Shown here: positions 34,229 through 44,308 of the stretch, piece by piece
How positions within the stretch are numbered: the stretch's first letter is position 1
Layout of the letters: every line of letters starts with the position of its first letter
Assembly: GCA_963754315.1 (NCBI GenBank)
Contig: CAVWFS010000018.1
Coordinates: 800,001 to 864,000, forward strand
Source: an uncultured Candidatus Rokubacteria bacterium
GTDB lineage: Bacteria > Methylomirabilota > Methylomirabilia > Rokubacteriales > CSP1-6
Length of the DNA stretch: 64,000 nt
Reading direction: 5' to 3'
Notes under the pieces: generated by a model
The model's database searches: none
What the model was told of the DNA's origin: nothing
Seen by the model: only the letters and a program-made list of their open reading frames with translations
Program-made: the position numbers and the translations under genes

Positions 34229-37200
34229 ATGCGGCTCGAGCAGATCACGCTGCACGGGTTCAAGTCCTTCGTCGACCGGACGGTTCTGAAGGTCCTCCCC
34301 GGCATCACTGGCATCGTCGGCCCGAACGGGTGCGGCAAGAGCAACATCGCGGAGGCGGTGCGCTGGGCCCTGGGTGAGCAGAGCGCGAAATCGCTCCGGG
34401 GGCAGCGCATGGAGGATCTCGTCTTCCATGGCTCCTCCTCGCGCAAGCCGATCGGTATGGCCGAGGTCAATCTCACCTTCAGCAACGACGGAACCCTCGC
34501 CGTGCCGTGGACCGAGATCGAGGTAACCCGCCGACTCTACCGGACGGGCGAGAGCGAGTACCTGCTCAATAAGACCCCGTCTCGCCTGCGCGACATGCTC
34601 GACCTCTTTGCTGGAACGGGAGCCAACCCGCGCGCCTACTCGATCATGGATCAGGACAAACTCAACCACGTCCTGACCGCGAAGCCTCACGAGCGCCGTG
34701 TGTTCATCGAAGAGGCGGCGGGCATCGCCCGCTACAAGCAGCAGCGCCACGAGACGGAGGGCAAGCTCGACGGGGCGCGCCAGAACTTGGTGCGGGTCCG
34801 TGACGTCATGGACGAGGTCAAGCGTCAGCTCACGTCGCTCGAGCGCCAGGCCAAGCGGGCCGCGCACTACAAGGCGCTCGAGGCAGAGCGCCGGCAGCTG
34901 GCTCTCAGCCTGGTGGCAGCAGACTATGCGGCTCTGGTGACCGAGGCTGAGCGTGTGGCCGCGCTCATGACCGTACATCGAGATCGCGAATTTGTCCTTC
35001 GGGCGGACGCGTCCCAGCACGCCGCGCGCGCCGCCGCTCAGCGTGTCCTCATCCAGGAGAGCGATCACCGGCTCGCCGACCTCCGCCAGGCGGTGCAAAA
35101 GGTCCAGGGGGACGTCGAACGGCTCCTGGAGCGCCGTGAACAGCTCGGGGTACAGCTTCGCGAGCTGGTGGCCGAGGAACGACGCCTCGACGAGGATCTG
35201 CGTCTCACCGTCGAGCGCCTGGACGGCATTACAAGCCAGCGTGCGGCTCTGGGAGAATCGGCGCGGGAGGCAGAGGTGCTCGTGCAAACCCGCAGCCGGG
35301 CGGCGACCCAGCTCGAGGCACGTCTGGATGAGCATCGCGGGGCGTTGACCGCCGACCGGGACCGCCTCGAGGCCCAGCGTCAGGAACAGATCCGCTTGGG
35401 TGCCGAGAGAACCGATCTCATGCGCGGCGCTGGCGAGCTGCGCGAGCGACTGGCCCAGCTCACCTCGCGCCGGGAGCGCCTGGCCGGCGAACTGGAAGGG
35501 GTGAGCGTCGAGGCTGCGCACTTCGTCACCCTTCGGGAGGGTCTCGAGGCGCATCGAACCCGGGCCCTGGGTGAGATCGCATCGCTCGGGGCGCAGCGCG
35601 ACGGCCTTACGCGAGAGCTGGAGGAGCGCGCGCGCCTGCTCGCGGAGACTGAGCGGCGGTTGGCAGAGGGAAGGCTTGCCCTCGCTGCACGGTGCTCGAG
35701 CCTCGAGGCGCTGCGGGAGCTGGAGCGCGCGCGGGAGGGATACGGCGCCGGTGTGCGTGCCGTGTTCGGGCAGAGCGCGGGCGGCGAGGTCGATGGCGCC
35801 ATCGCTGGAGGAAGGCCCCTGACCGGAGTGGTCGGAACGGTGGCCGATCTCCTCGAAGTCCCGGCGGGTCTGGAGCGCGCCGTGGAAGCCGTCTTGGGAG
35901 AGCGCCTGCAATGGGTCGTCGTCGAGCGGTTTGATCAGGGGCGGGCGGCCGTCACCTACCTGCGCGAGCAGGGCGCTGGCACGGCGACGTTCCTGCCGCT
36001 CGACCACTTGCCGGAGGCATCGGAGCCGCTCCCGGACGACAGTGGCGTGCGGTGGGTAGCCCACGCAGTCACCGCGCCGCGTGACGGCCTCGTACGCTAC
36101 CTGCTGGGCCGGGTTGCGGTTGTCGATCACCTCGATCACGCGGAGGCACTGTGGCGGCGTAACGGCGTGGTCGCCACCTATGTGACGCCGACGGGAGAGG
36201 TGCTAGGCCCGACCGGTCGCTTGCGTGGGGGAACCGAGGCAACCGACGCCTCGTCCGAGCAGTCGCTGCTCGCGCGCAAGCGTCGCCTCCGCGAATTGGT
36301 CGATGAGGTGCAACGCCGGGTGGGCGAGGTCGAACAAGAGGAAGAGGCGACGAGCACGCTCGCCGTCGAAGTGGCCAACCTGCGTGAGCGCGGGGCCGCC
36401 CTCGAGGCAGCTCTTCAGGCCCGACAGGCGGAGCGGCTCGCGGGAGACAAGGACCTCGAGCAGGCGACCCGCGAGCACGATCGCCTCGAGCGTCACCGCG
36501 AAACCTTGGGGTTCGAGACGAGCCAGGTGACCCGCGAGGCCGAGGAGACAGCGCAGACTCTCGCTGCCCTCGAGCGCCGACTCCAGCTTGCCCACGAGGC
36601 GGAGGTGAAGCACGAAACGGCGATGGGGACCCTGCGTGCCGCGATCGAGATCTCCTTGGCCGAGAACGCCGTGCTGAGCGGCGAGCTGACGGCGTGTCAG
36701 GTGGACCTGGCCTCGGCTCGCGAGCGCGTGGAGGCGCTCGGGCGCGAGGGCTTACATCTGAACGAGATGGAGGCGGACTTCACGGATCGAATCGAGTCGG
36801 GCCGATCACGCCAGGTCGAACTGCGAGAGCGCGTGGGATCGGTCCAGGGCGAGCGTGAGCGCGCGGACGAGGCCGCCCAGGCGGCCGCCGGCGAGCGCGA
36901 TCGCCTGGAGGGGGAGGTGCGGGTCAGCGCTGAGCACCACGAAGATCTCCTCGGGCAGCTGGCCGCTGTGGAGTCGGAGGTCCGGCGTGTGGACGGCGAT
37001 GTGGCAGCCCTCACGGCGGCTATCCATGAGCTGGAACTGCGCGCGACGGAGGGACGCGTGCGGGCGGAGGAGCTTGCACAGGAAGCGCGGCGCACGTATG
37101 GCGTGGAGGAACCCGCCTTGCGCGAACTGTCGGGGCCGGCCCCTGACCTCGAGGCAGTGCGTGAGCGCTGCGCCTTCCTCGGTGAAAAGCTGCAGGCCCT

Positions 37201-37801
37201 CGGTCCGGTCAATCTGGTGGCTGACGAGGAATACCGCGAGCTGGACGAGCGGCTGTCCTTTCTGCGCACCCAGTACGACGACCTGGTAGCCTCGATCAAG
37301 GATCTCGAAAAGGCCTTGCGCGGCATGACCCGCACTGCCCAGGAGCGCTTCAGCGAAGCCTTCGCGCAGGTCAACCAGCACTTCCAGGAGATTTTCGGCC
37401 GCCTCTTCGAGGGGGGGCGGGCGGAGCTTCGCCTGGTCGAGCCGGAGGAGGGCAGTGATCCACTGGAGATCGGGGTGGAACTCATGGCTCAGCCGCGCGG
37501 CAAGCGACTGCAGTCGGTCACCCTGATGTCGGGCGGAGAACGGGCCCTCACAGGGCTTGCCTTGCTCTTCGCGATCTTCTTCTTTAGGCCAAGCCCGTTC
37601 TGCGTGCTAGACGAAGTCGACGCGCCGCTGGACGACGCCAATATCCATCGCTTTCTGCGCGTCCTGCGGGAGCTGACCAGCCAGACCCAATTTCTCGTCA
37701 TCACCCACAATCGCAAGACCATGGAGGCGACGGATGCGCTCTACGGCGTCACCATGGAAGAGCCGGGGCTCTCCAAGGTCGTTTCCGTTAACCTCCGGTA
37801 A
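34229..37801 (+). CDS. smc: Chromosome segregation protein SMC
   Basis: GFKSF, GPNGCGKSN, coiled coils, hinge, LGPVN, MSGGE, LDEVDAPLD. Confidence 0.96.
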   Translation: MRLEQITLHGFKSFVDRTVLKVLPGITGIVGPNGCGKSNIAEAVRWALGEQSAKSLRGQRMEDLVFHGSSSRKPIGMAEVNLTFSNDGTLAVPWTEIEVTRRLYRTGESEYLLNKTPSRLRDMLDLFAGTGANPRAYSIMDQDKLNHVLTAKPHERRVFIEEAAGIARYKQQRHETEGKLDGARQNLVRVRDVMDEVKRQLTSLERQAKRAAHYKALEAERRQLALSLVAADYAALVTEAERVAALMTVHRDREFVLRADASQHAARAAAQRVLIQESDHRLADLRQAVQKVQGDVERLLERREQLGVQLRELVAEERRLDEDLRLTVERLDGITSQRAALGESAREAEVLVQTRSRAATQLEARLDEHRGALTADRDRLEAQRQEQIRLGAERTDLMRGAGELRERLAQLTSRRERLAGELEGVSVEAAHFVTLREGLEAHRTRALGEIASLGAQRDGLTRELEERARLLAETERRLAEGRLALAARCSSLEALRELERAREGYGAGVRAVFGQSAGGEVDGAIAGGRPLTGVVGTVADLLEVPAGLERAVEAVLGERLQWVVVERFDQGRAAVTYLREQGAGTATFLPLDHLPEASEPLPDDSGVRWVAHAVTAPRDGLVRYLLGRVAVVDHLDHAEALWRRNGVVATYVTPTGEVLGPTGRLRGGTEATDASSEQSLLARKRRLRELVDEVQRRVGEVEQEEEATSTLAVEVANLRERGAALEAALQARQAERLAGDKDLEQATREHDRLERHRETLGFETSQVTREAEETAQTLAALERRLQLAHEAEVKHETAMGTLRAAIEISLAENAVLSGELTACQVDLASARERVEALGREGLHLNEMEADFTDRIESGRSRQVELRERVGSVQGERERADEAAQAAAGERDRLEGEVRVSAEHHEDLLGQLAAVESEVRRVDGDVAALTAAIHELELRATEGRVRAEELAQEARRTYGVEEPALRELSGPAPDLEAVRERCAFLGEKLQALGPVNLVADEEYRELDERLSFLRTQYDDLVASIKDLEKALRGMTRTAQERFSEAFAQVNQHFQEIFGRLFEGGRAELRLVEPEEGSDPLEIGVELMAQPRGKRLQSVTLMSGGERALTGLALLFAIFFFRPSPFCVLDEVDAPLDDANIHRFLRVLRELTSQTQFLVITHNRKTMEATDALYGVTMEEPGLSKVVSVNLR

Positions 37802-37873
37802 TGGGGGGCCTCGAAAGGGCCCCCCAAACCCCCCGGCGTTCGTCGCGCCCCGGGGAACCCGTGGCGCTCCTCG
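37801..37873 (-). repeat. Solo inverted copy of the 88-bp repeat family
   Basis: Reverse complement reads CGAGGAGCGCCACGGGTTCCCCGGGGCGCG..GGGGGGTTTGGGGGGCCCTTTCGAGGCCCCCCAT, aligning with 641-714. Confidence 0.9.
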
Positions 37874-37929
37874 ATCGCTCTCGCGTGCGTGAAAGCCGGG
37901 CGCGGATACGCTAGACTACACGGTGCCGG

Positions 37930-38799
37930 ATGGCGTCGACAGGCAGTCTGCTCCGTGAGCTGCGCGAGCAGCGAGGCGTTTCCCTCGAGGACGTAGCCCG
38001 CTCCACGAGGATAAATCCTCGATTCCTCGCGGCGCTTGAAACGGACGATCTCGCGGCGCTGCCGGCGGGCCCCTTCGCCAGGGGATTCATTCGCGCCTAC
38101 TGTGAGGCGCTTGGTGCCTCATCGGATGCCGTCCTTGCCCAGTATCCTCTGATGTCCACCGATCCCGGCAGCCTTCCTCGGCCGCCGTCCGGCCGTCGCC
38201 GGGTCCCGCTCGGCGGCGCATCCCCCCTCCTCGTCAGCCTGGCCCTTTTCGTCGGTCTTGGTCTCGCCCTCGCGGCGGTGACCCTGGCTCTCCGGCCCAC
38301 TCGAGACGAGGCTCTCCCGCGCTCGGTGCCGCCGAGGAGCCACGCCGGGAGCGCGGCAGCCTACACGGCCGAGGCCGTGGTGCCCGGACCCCTCGGCGAA
38401 GCCCGCACGTCGTCGGTCGCCACCGGCGCGACGGTGGAGCCCGCGCCTCCTCGCCTCGTTCCATCGACGGATCAGGCGGCGTCCGCGGCAGCGCCGCGGA
38501 CGCCTCAGGCGGCTCTTTCGCCTTCGCGCCCGTCCACCGCTTCCAAAGTCAAGTCCTATCGGCTGGTGGCGCGGACCTCCCAGGCAACCCGGATTCGGGT
38601 CCGACTCGATGGGCGTCGCACAGTTGAAGAGACGATTCCGGCCGGAGCCGTACGGGAATGGATCTCCAGCCGGCCCTTCGAGCTTCGTATCGTGAACGCC
38701 GGTGGCGTCACCCTTGAGCTGAACGGTCGGGTGCTGCCGCCCCTTGGTGCCCGGGGAACCACCATACATCATCTGGTGCTACCCACGGAGCCGCGGTGA
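37930..38799 (+). CDS. RodZ-like protein (HTH, TM, DUF4115-like C-terminus)
   Basis: GSLLRELREQRGVSLEDVA..FARGFIRAY; one TM; RIVNAGGVTLELNG. Confidence 0.8.
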   Translation: MASTGSLLRELREQRGVSLEDVARSTRINPRFLAALETDDLAALPAGPFARGFIRAYCEALGASSDAVLAQYPLMSTDPGSLPRPPSGRRRVPLGGASPLLVSLALFVGLGLALAAVTLALRPTRDEALPRSVPPRSHAGSAAAYTAEAVVPGPLGEARTSSVATGATVEPAPPRLVPSTDQAASAAAPRTPQAALSPSRPSTASKVKSYRLVARTSQATRIRVRLDGRRTVEETIPAGAVREWISSRPFELRIVNAGGVTLELNGRVLPPLGARGTTIHHLVLPTEPR

Positions 38800-39722
38800 A
38801 GTTCTTTGCCGGGCTCGGCGATCGCCTGCGTCAGGGGCTCAGACGATCGCAGCAACTCCTCGTCGGTGAGCTCACGGAGATCTTCGCGCCGGAGCGTGCG
38901 CTCGACGACGCGCTGTTTCAGGAGCTCGAGGAGGTCCTGATCGCGGCGGATCTCGGAGCGCCGCTGGCCGCGGATTTTGTCAACCGAGCGCGTGAGGAGG
39001 TCACGTTCGGCACCGTGACAAAGGCCGATCAGCTGCGACCCTTGTTCCGGCGCTTTCTCCTGGACATCCTGAAGCCAGCCTCGCAAGCGCTCGACCTCGA
39101 CCATCGTCCCGCGGTCGTGCTGATGCTTGGTGTCAATGGCTCAGGCAAGACCACGACGAGCGCCAAGCTGGCCGCAGCGATGAAGGCTGACGGAAAGCAG
39201 GTCATTCTGGCGGCGGCGGACACCTTCCGTGCTGCCGCCATCGAGCAGTTGGTGAGCTGGGGAGATCGGGTGGGGGTCGAAGTGATCCGTCAGACCGCTG
39301 GCTCCGACCCGGCCGCCGTCGTGTTCGACGCCCTGAAGGCGGCGAGTGCGCGGGGCATCGATGCCCTGGTGATCGACACGGCTGGCCGGCTTCACACCAA
39401 GTCCAATCTCATGGACGAGCTGGGCAAGCTGACGCGCGTTGTAGCTCGCCAGCTCCCCGGCGCTCCTCACGAAAAGCTGATGGTGCTCGATGCGATCACA
39501 GGGCAGAACGGCTTTGCCCAGGCGCGCATGTTCCACGAGACCATCGGGCTCACTGGTGTTTGCCTCACCAAACTCGACGGGACAGCCAAGGGGGGCATCG
39601 TGGTGCGCATCGTGCGCGAGCTGGGCCTGCCCCTGAAACTGATCGGTGTGGGCGAGAAGCTGGAGGACCTTCAGCCTTTCGAGCCAGAGCGCTTCGTCGA
39701 CGCCCTCATGCCCGAGCCATGA
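38796..39722 (+). CDS. ftsY: SRP receptor FtsY
   Basis: GVNGSGKTT, DTFRAAA, DTAGR, TKLDGTAKGG. Confidence 0.96.
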   Translation: MKFFAGLGDRLRQGLRRSQQLLVGELTEIFAPERALDDALFQELEEVLIAADLGAPLAADFVNRAREEVTFGTVTKADQLRPLFRRFLLDILKPASQALDLDHRPAVVLMLGVNGSGKTTTSAKLAAAMKADGKQVILAAADTFRAAAIEQLVSWGDRVGVEVIRQTAGSDPAAVVFDALKAASARGIDALVIDTAGRLHTKSNLMDELGKLTRVVARQLPGAPHEKLMVLDAITGQNGFAQARMFHETIGLTGVCLTKLDGTAKGGIVVRIVRELGLPLKLIGVGEKLEDLQPFEPERFVDALMPEP

Positions 39723-40834
39723 CATCAGCAGTGGGCGACGAGGTGTTCATGCGCCGGGCCTTGGAATTGGCGGAGCAGGCGGCGGGGCTAACGTCCCCCA
39801 ATCCCCTCGTGGGCGCCGTAGTCGTGAATGAGGGCAAGGTCGTGGGCGAGGGATTCCATCGCGGGGCGGGCGAGGCGCACGCCGAGGTCGACGCGCTGTC
39901 CGCCGCTGGCGAGCGCGCCCGGGGCGCAACCCTCTTCGTCACCTTGGAGCCCTGCGCGCACTGGGGCCGGACACCGCCGTGTGCCCCGCAGGTCGCAGCA
40001 GCGGGGGTCCGACGCGTCGTGGCGGCGCTGACCGACCCTAATCCTCAGGTCGCGGGGCGCGGCCTGACGATCCTGCGTGGGGCAGGGGTCGAGGTCGTGG
40101 TCGGTCTGCTGGCGGACGAGGCTCAGCGACAGAACCGGGCGTTCCTCACGTCGATGCGGCTGGGACGCCCGCACGTCACGCTCAAGATCGCGATGACCCT
40201 CGACGGCAAGATCGCCGACCGGGAAGGCGCCTCGCGGTGGATCACCGGGGCCGACGCCCGGGTTGAGGCGCATCGCCTGCGCAGCCAGTCCGACGCTATT
40301 CTAGTCGGGATTGGTACCGTGCTGCTTGACGACCCGGAGCTGACCGTACGCCTCGGCAAGCCGTGGCCACGCGAGCCGTACCGGGTGGTGCTGGATGTGG
40401 GTGCCCGAACACCGTCGGACGCCCGTGTCGTGAAAGCGGGCACCCATGCCCGCACGCTGGTGATGGTGGGTCACGACGCGCCCGCCGAGCGCGCGGCGTG
40501 CCTGTCGGCGGCCGGCGCAGTGGTGGTGCGGGGGCCGGAACGGGACGGCCACGTCGACCTCAAGACCGTGCTGTCCGAGCTGCACAAACGAGAGGTCCGA
40601 GCCTTGCTTGTGGAGGGTGGCGCCGAGGTTCACGGAGCGTTTCTGGAGGCTGGGGTCGCGGATCGGATCGTGGTGTTCATCGCCCCCCTGCTGCTTGGAG
40701 GACGGGCAGCACCCTCGGCCATCGCCGGGCTCGGGCTTCCGTTGAAGGGCGCTCAGCGTCTCGGCTCCCTCACGGTCCGCTCGGTGGGCTCCGACCTGCT
40801 GATCGAAGCCGACGTGGCCGCCCCGCCGGTCTGA
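39719..40834 (+). CDS. ribD: Riboflavin biosynthesis deaminase/reductase
   Basis: PNPLVGAV, HAE, TLEPCAHWGRTPPC, TLDGKIA, SRWIT, VEGG. Confidence 0.95.
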   Translation: MTSAVGDEVFMRRALELAEQAAGLTSPNPLVGAVVVNEGKVVGEGFHRGAGEAHAEVDALSAAGERARGATLFVTLEPCAHWGRTPPCAPQVAAAGVRRVVAALTDPNPQVAGRGLTILRGAGVEVVVGLLADEAQRQNRAFLTSMRLGRPHVTLKIAMTLDGKIADREGASRWITGADARVEAHRLRSQSDAILVGIGTVLLDDPELTVRLGKPWPREPYRVVLDVGARTPSDARVVKAGTHARTLVMVGHDAPAERAACLSAAGAVVVRGPERDGHVDLKTVLSELHKREVRALLVEGGAEVHGAFLEAGVADRIVVFIAPLLLGGRAAPSAIAGLGLPLKGAQRLGSLTVRSVGSDLLIEADVAAPPV

Positions 40835-41436
40835 TGTTCACGGGCATCGTGGAGGAGGTCGGCGCAGTCCTGGACGTCACTCGCGGCAAACAGTCGGCGC
40901 GGCTCGAGGTGGAGGCGGCGCTCACCACCGAAGGCAGTGAAATCGGAGCGAGCGTAGCCATTAATGGCGTTTGCCTCACCGTGGTCGCCCGGCGGCCCCG
41001 CGGTTTCGCGTTCGATCTTGGCCCGGAGACCTTGGCCGTGTCAGCCCTGGGCGAACTGGCGGTGGGCGACGGCGTGAACCTGGAGCGCCCGCTTCGTTTC
41101 GGCGGCGCCTTGGGGGGCCACCTCGTCCTGGGTCACGTGGACGGGGTGGGCACGGTGGAAGAGGTGAGCCGTGTAGAATCAACGGCCAGGGTAAGAATTG
41201 CGCTGGCCGGTGGGGAGCTGGAGCCGCTCCTCATCGCAAAGGGATCGGTGGCGGTGGACGGCGTCAGCTTGACGGTGGCCGCACTTGGACGACAGGCGTT
41301 CGAGATCATGCTCATCCCGCACACGCTGTCGGCCACCACCTTGGGGCGACTCCGCGCGGGGCAGCGAGTCAATATCGAGACCGATGTCATCGGGAAGTAT
41401 CTGCAGCGGGCGTTGGCGCTCAAGGGGATTGCATGA
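40834..41436 (+). CDS. ribE: Riboflavin synthase
   Basis: [38 protein letters not shown]. Confidence 0.95.
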   Translation: MFTGIVEEVGAVLDVTRGKQSARLEVEAALTTEGSEIGASVAINGVCLTVVARRPRGFAFDLGPETLAVSALGELAVGDGVNLERPLRFGGALGGHLVLGHVDGVGTVEEVSRVESTARVRIALAGGELEPLLIAKGSVAVDGVSLTVAALGRQAFEIMLIPHTLSATTLGRLRAGQRVNIETDVIGKYLQRALALKGIA

Positions 41437-42644
41437 ACCTGTTCGCGACCGTCGAAGAGGCGATCGAGGAGATCCGCCAGGGGCGGATCCTCGTCGTCGT
41501 GGACGACGAGGATCGCGAGAACGAGGGTGATCTGGTCATGGCCGCCGACGCGGCCACCCCCGAAGCCGTGAACTTCATGGCGAAGTATGGACGTGGTCTC
41601 ATCTGCGTCCCCATGACGGGCGAACGGCTCGACGAGCTGAAGATCTCCATGATGGTCACGGACAACACCGCGCCCATGGGTACGGCGTTCACGGAGACGG
41701 TGGACGCCCGGCGAGGCGTGACCACGGGAACGTCAGCCTACGATCGCGCGGTCACCATCCGCACCCTGGTCGATGCGACGACCAGCCCCAGCGATCTGAC
41801 TCGCCCCGGCCACATCTTTCCTCTGCGCGCGATGCCGGGCGGTGTGCTGCGCCGGGCCGGGCACACCGAAGCGGCCGTAGACCTGGCCCGGCTCGCCGGA
41901 CGAGCGCACGCTGGCGTGATCTGCGAGATCCTCGACGAATCGGGCGGCATGGCGCGCGGGCCCGAGCTGGCCGAGTTGGCCGAGCGGTTCGGCCTGAAGA
42001 TGATTACCATCAAGGGTCTCATCGACTATCGGCGCCGTCACGAGAAGCTGATACGCCGGATTGCGACGACCAAGCTCCCCACCGAGTTCGGCGACTTCGT
42101 CGCGATCGCCTACGAGACGACGGTATACAGCCGCGTTCATCTTGCCCTCACGATGGGCGACGTGAAAGGGGAGGAGCCCGTCCTTGTCCGGATGCACTCG
42201 GAGTGCTTGACCGGTGACGTTTTCCGCTCACGGCGCTGTGACTGCGGGTCGCAGCTGGAGAAGGCGCTCGCGCTGATCCGGGCCGAGCAGCGCGGCGTCG
42301 TGGTGTACCTCAAGCAAGAAGGGCGGGGGATCGGCCTGCACAACAAGATCCGCGCGTACGAGCTGCAGGATCAGGGCAAGGACACCGTCGAGGCCAATCA
42401 GGCGCTCGGCTTTTCGGCGGACCTCCGCGACTATGGCATCGGCGCCCAGATCCTCGCCGATCTCGGGGTGAGAAACCTCCGCCTGCTCACCAACAACCCG
42501 AAGAAAATCGTCGGCTTGGAGGGGTACGGACTCCACTTCGTCGAGCGCGTGCCCATCGAGATCCCGGCCACCGACGCCAACCGCAAGTATCTCAGCACCA
42601 AGCGCGACAAGCTCGGCCACTTGCTGTCGTCGCTGCCTGACTGA
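41433..42644 (+). CDS. ribBA: Bifunctional DHBP synthase / GTP cyclohydrolase II
   Basis: [43 protein letters not shown]. Confidence 0.96.
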   Translation: MNLFATVEEAIEEIRQGRILVVVDDEDRENEGDLVMAADAATPEAVNFMAKYGRGLICVPMTGERLDELKISMMVTDNTAPMGTAFTETVDARRGVTTGTSAYDRAVTIRTLVDATTSPSDLTRPGHIFPLRAMPGGVLRRAGHTEAAVDLARLAGRAHAGVICEILDESGGMARGPELAELAERFGLKMITIKGLIDYRRRHEKLIRRIATTKLPTEFGDFVAIAYETTVYSRVHLALTMGDVKGEEPVLVRMHSECLTGDVFRSRRCDCGSQLEKALALIRAEQRGVVVYLKQEGRGIGLHNKIRAYELQDQGKDTVEANQALGFSADLRDYGIGAQILADLGVRNLRLLTNNPKKIVGLEGYGLHFVERVPIEIPATDANRKYLSTKRDKLGHLLSSLPD

Positions 42645-42658
42645 CCCAGAGAGAGGAC

Positions 42659-43168
42659 ATGGGACGCGCTCCGCGCTCGCGGCCGCTACCCTCGGGTCGA
42701 GGTCGGGCCTGGCGGTTCGCGATCGTGGCGGCTCGGTTCAACGAACCGATCAGTGCCCGCCTGGTGGAGGGAGCACGCCAGGCATTCACGGCGGCGGAGG
42801 TGCCGGCGACGGCCGTCGAGGTGCACTGGGTGCCGGGCTCGTTCGAGCTACCCCAGGCCGCTCGATACCTGGCCACCAGTGGACGCTACACGGCCATCGT
42901 GTGTGTGGGCGTGGTCATCCGCGGCGAGACGCCGCACTTCGAGCACGTCGCACGCGAGGCGGCGAGCGGGATCCAGCACGTGGCGCTGACTACTGGAGTG
43001 CCGGTCATGTTCGGCGTCGTCACCACCCACACTGAGGAGCAAGCCTGGGCGCGGGCGGGCGGCAAGGTGGCGAACCGCGGCGAGGAGGCGGCGCGGGCGG
43101 CCTTGGAGATGGCAGGGTTCGTCCGGCGCCTCCGGACGCGGAAGGATGCGAAGCGTGGGACGGCGTAG
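42659..43168 (+). CDS. ribH: 6,7-dimethyl-8-ribityllumazine synthase
   Basis: ARFN, VPGSFELP, VIRGETPHFE, FGVVT. Confidence 0.93.
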   Translation: MGRAPRSRPLPSGRGRAWRFAIVAARFNEPISARLVEGARQAFTAAEVPATAVEVHWVPGSFELPQAARYLATSGRYTAIVCVGVVIRGETPHFEHVAREAASGIQHVALTTGVPVMFGVVTTHTEEQAWARAGGKVANRGEEAARAALEMAGFVRRLRTRKDAKRGTA

Positions 43169-43571
43169 GAAAGCGCGTGAGGTCGCCCTCCAGTTCCTCT
43201 ACCAACTCGACGTGAGTGGGGACGTCGAGCCGGCTCCCCCCGCGGCCGAGTTCTGGTCGCGCCATCCTGTCGATGCCCAGACGCGCGCTTTCGCCGAGGA
43301 GCTGGTCTTCGGGGCGAAGCAGAACCAGGGCAAGATCGATGCCCTCCTCGCTCAGTCCGTGGAACACTGGGATCTCGAGCGGATGGCCGCCGTGGATCGC
43401 AATATCCTGCGCGCGGCGGTGTACGAGCTTCTGTGGCATGCGGAGGTGCCCCCCAAGGTGGCTATCAACGAAGCGATCGAGATCGCCAAGAAGTTCGGGA
43501 CGCAGGAGTCCAGCCGCTTCATCAACGGCGTCCTCGATCGCATCGCCCGCGAACTGCGGCCGACCTGCTGA
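43146..43571 (+). CDS. nusB: Transcription antitermination factor NusB
   Basis: RRKAREVALQFLYQ, DRNILR, VAINEAIEIAKKF, FINGVLD. Confidence 0.95.
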   Translation: MRSVGRRRKAREVALQFLYQLDVSGDVEPAPPAAEFWSRHPVDAQTRAFAEELVFGAKQNQGKIDALLAQSVEHWDLERMAAVDRNILRAAVYELLWHAEVPPKVAINEAIEIAKKFGTQESSRFINGVLDRIARELRPTC

Positions 43572-43577
43572 CCTCGG

Positions 43578-44303
43578 GTGCGCTACGCGATCCTGTCCGA
43601 CATCCACGGTAACTTCGAGGCGCTCCAGGCGGTGCTCGACGATGCCGCCATGCGCACCGACGCCCTGCTCTGTCTGGGAGATGTCGTCGGCTACGGCCCC
43701 GATCCCGAGCGCTGTGTGGACGCGGTGGCCGCGCGTGCGGAGGCGATGGTGGGGGGTAACCACGAGCACGCAGTGGCCGGCCGCCTGAGTCTCGACTGGT
43801 TCAATCCGTACGCGCGGGCTGCCGCCGAGTGGACGTCAGAGCGCCTGGACGACGACCAGCGTAGCTATCTCGGGGAGCTTCCTCTCGTCGCCGAGGTCTT
43901 GGACGCGACCATCGTGCACTCGTCCCCCGTGCACCCCGAGGAATGGCACTACCTGGTCGAGGCCGAGGATGGGTTCGAGGCGTTCCAGGCCTTCACCAGC
44001 CGCCTGTGCTTCGTGGGGCACTCTCACCGGCCGGCCGTGTGGTCGCTTGGATCGTCGGGCCGGGAGTATGCACCGGGAGGGATCGACATCCGTCTCGACG
44101 CGGGGCGACGCTACATCGTGAACGTGGGGAGCGTCGGGCAGCCTCGTGACCGTGATCCGCGGGCGGCCTATGTCGTCTGGGACGTCGAGGCCCGCCGAAT
44201 CGAGGGGCGGCGGGTCGCTTACGACGTGTCCGTCACCCATCGGAAGATCGTGCAGGCAGGATTGCCCAAGTTCCTCGCCGATCGCCTCCGCGTCGGCACC
44301 TAG
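43578..44303 (+). CDS. Metallophosphoesterase family protein
   Basis: SDIHGN, LGDVVGYG, GNHE, GHSH, NVGSVGQPRD. Confidence 0.9.
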   Translation: MRYAILSDIHGNFEALQAVLDDAAMRTDALLCLGDVVGYGPDPERCVDAVAARAEAMVGGNHEHAVAGRLSLDWFNPYARAAAEWTSERLDDDQRSYLGELPLVAEVLDATIVHSSPVHPEEWHYLVEAEDGFEAFQAFTSRLCFVGHSHRPAVWSLGSSGREYAPGGIDIRLDAGRRYIVNVGSVGQPRDRDPRAAYVVWDVEARRIEGRRVAYDVSVTHRKIVQAGLPKFLADRLRVGT

Positions 44304-44308
44304 CGCGC

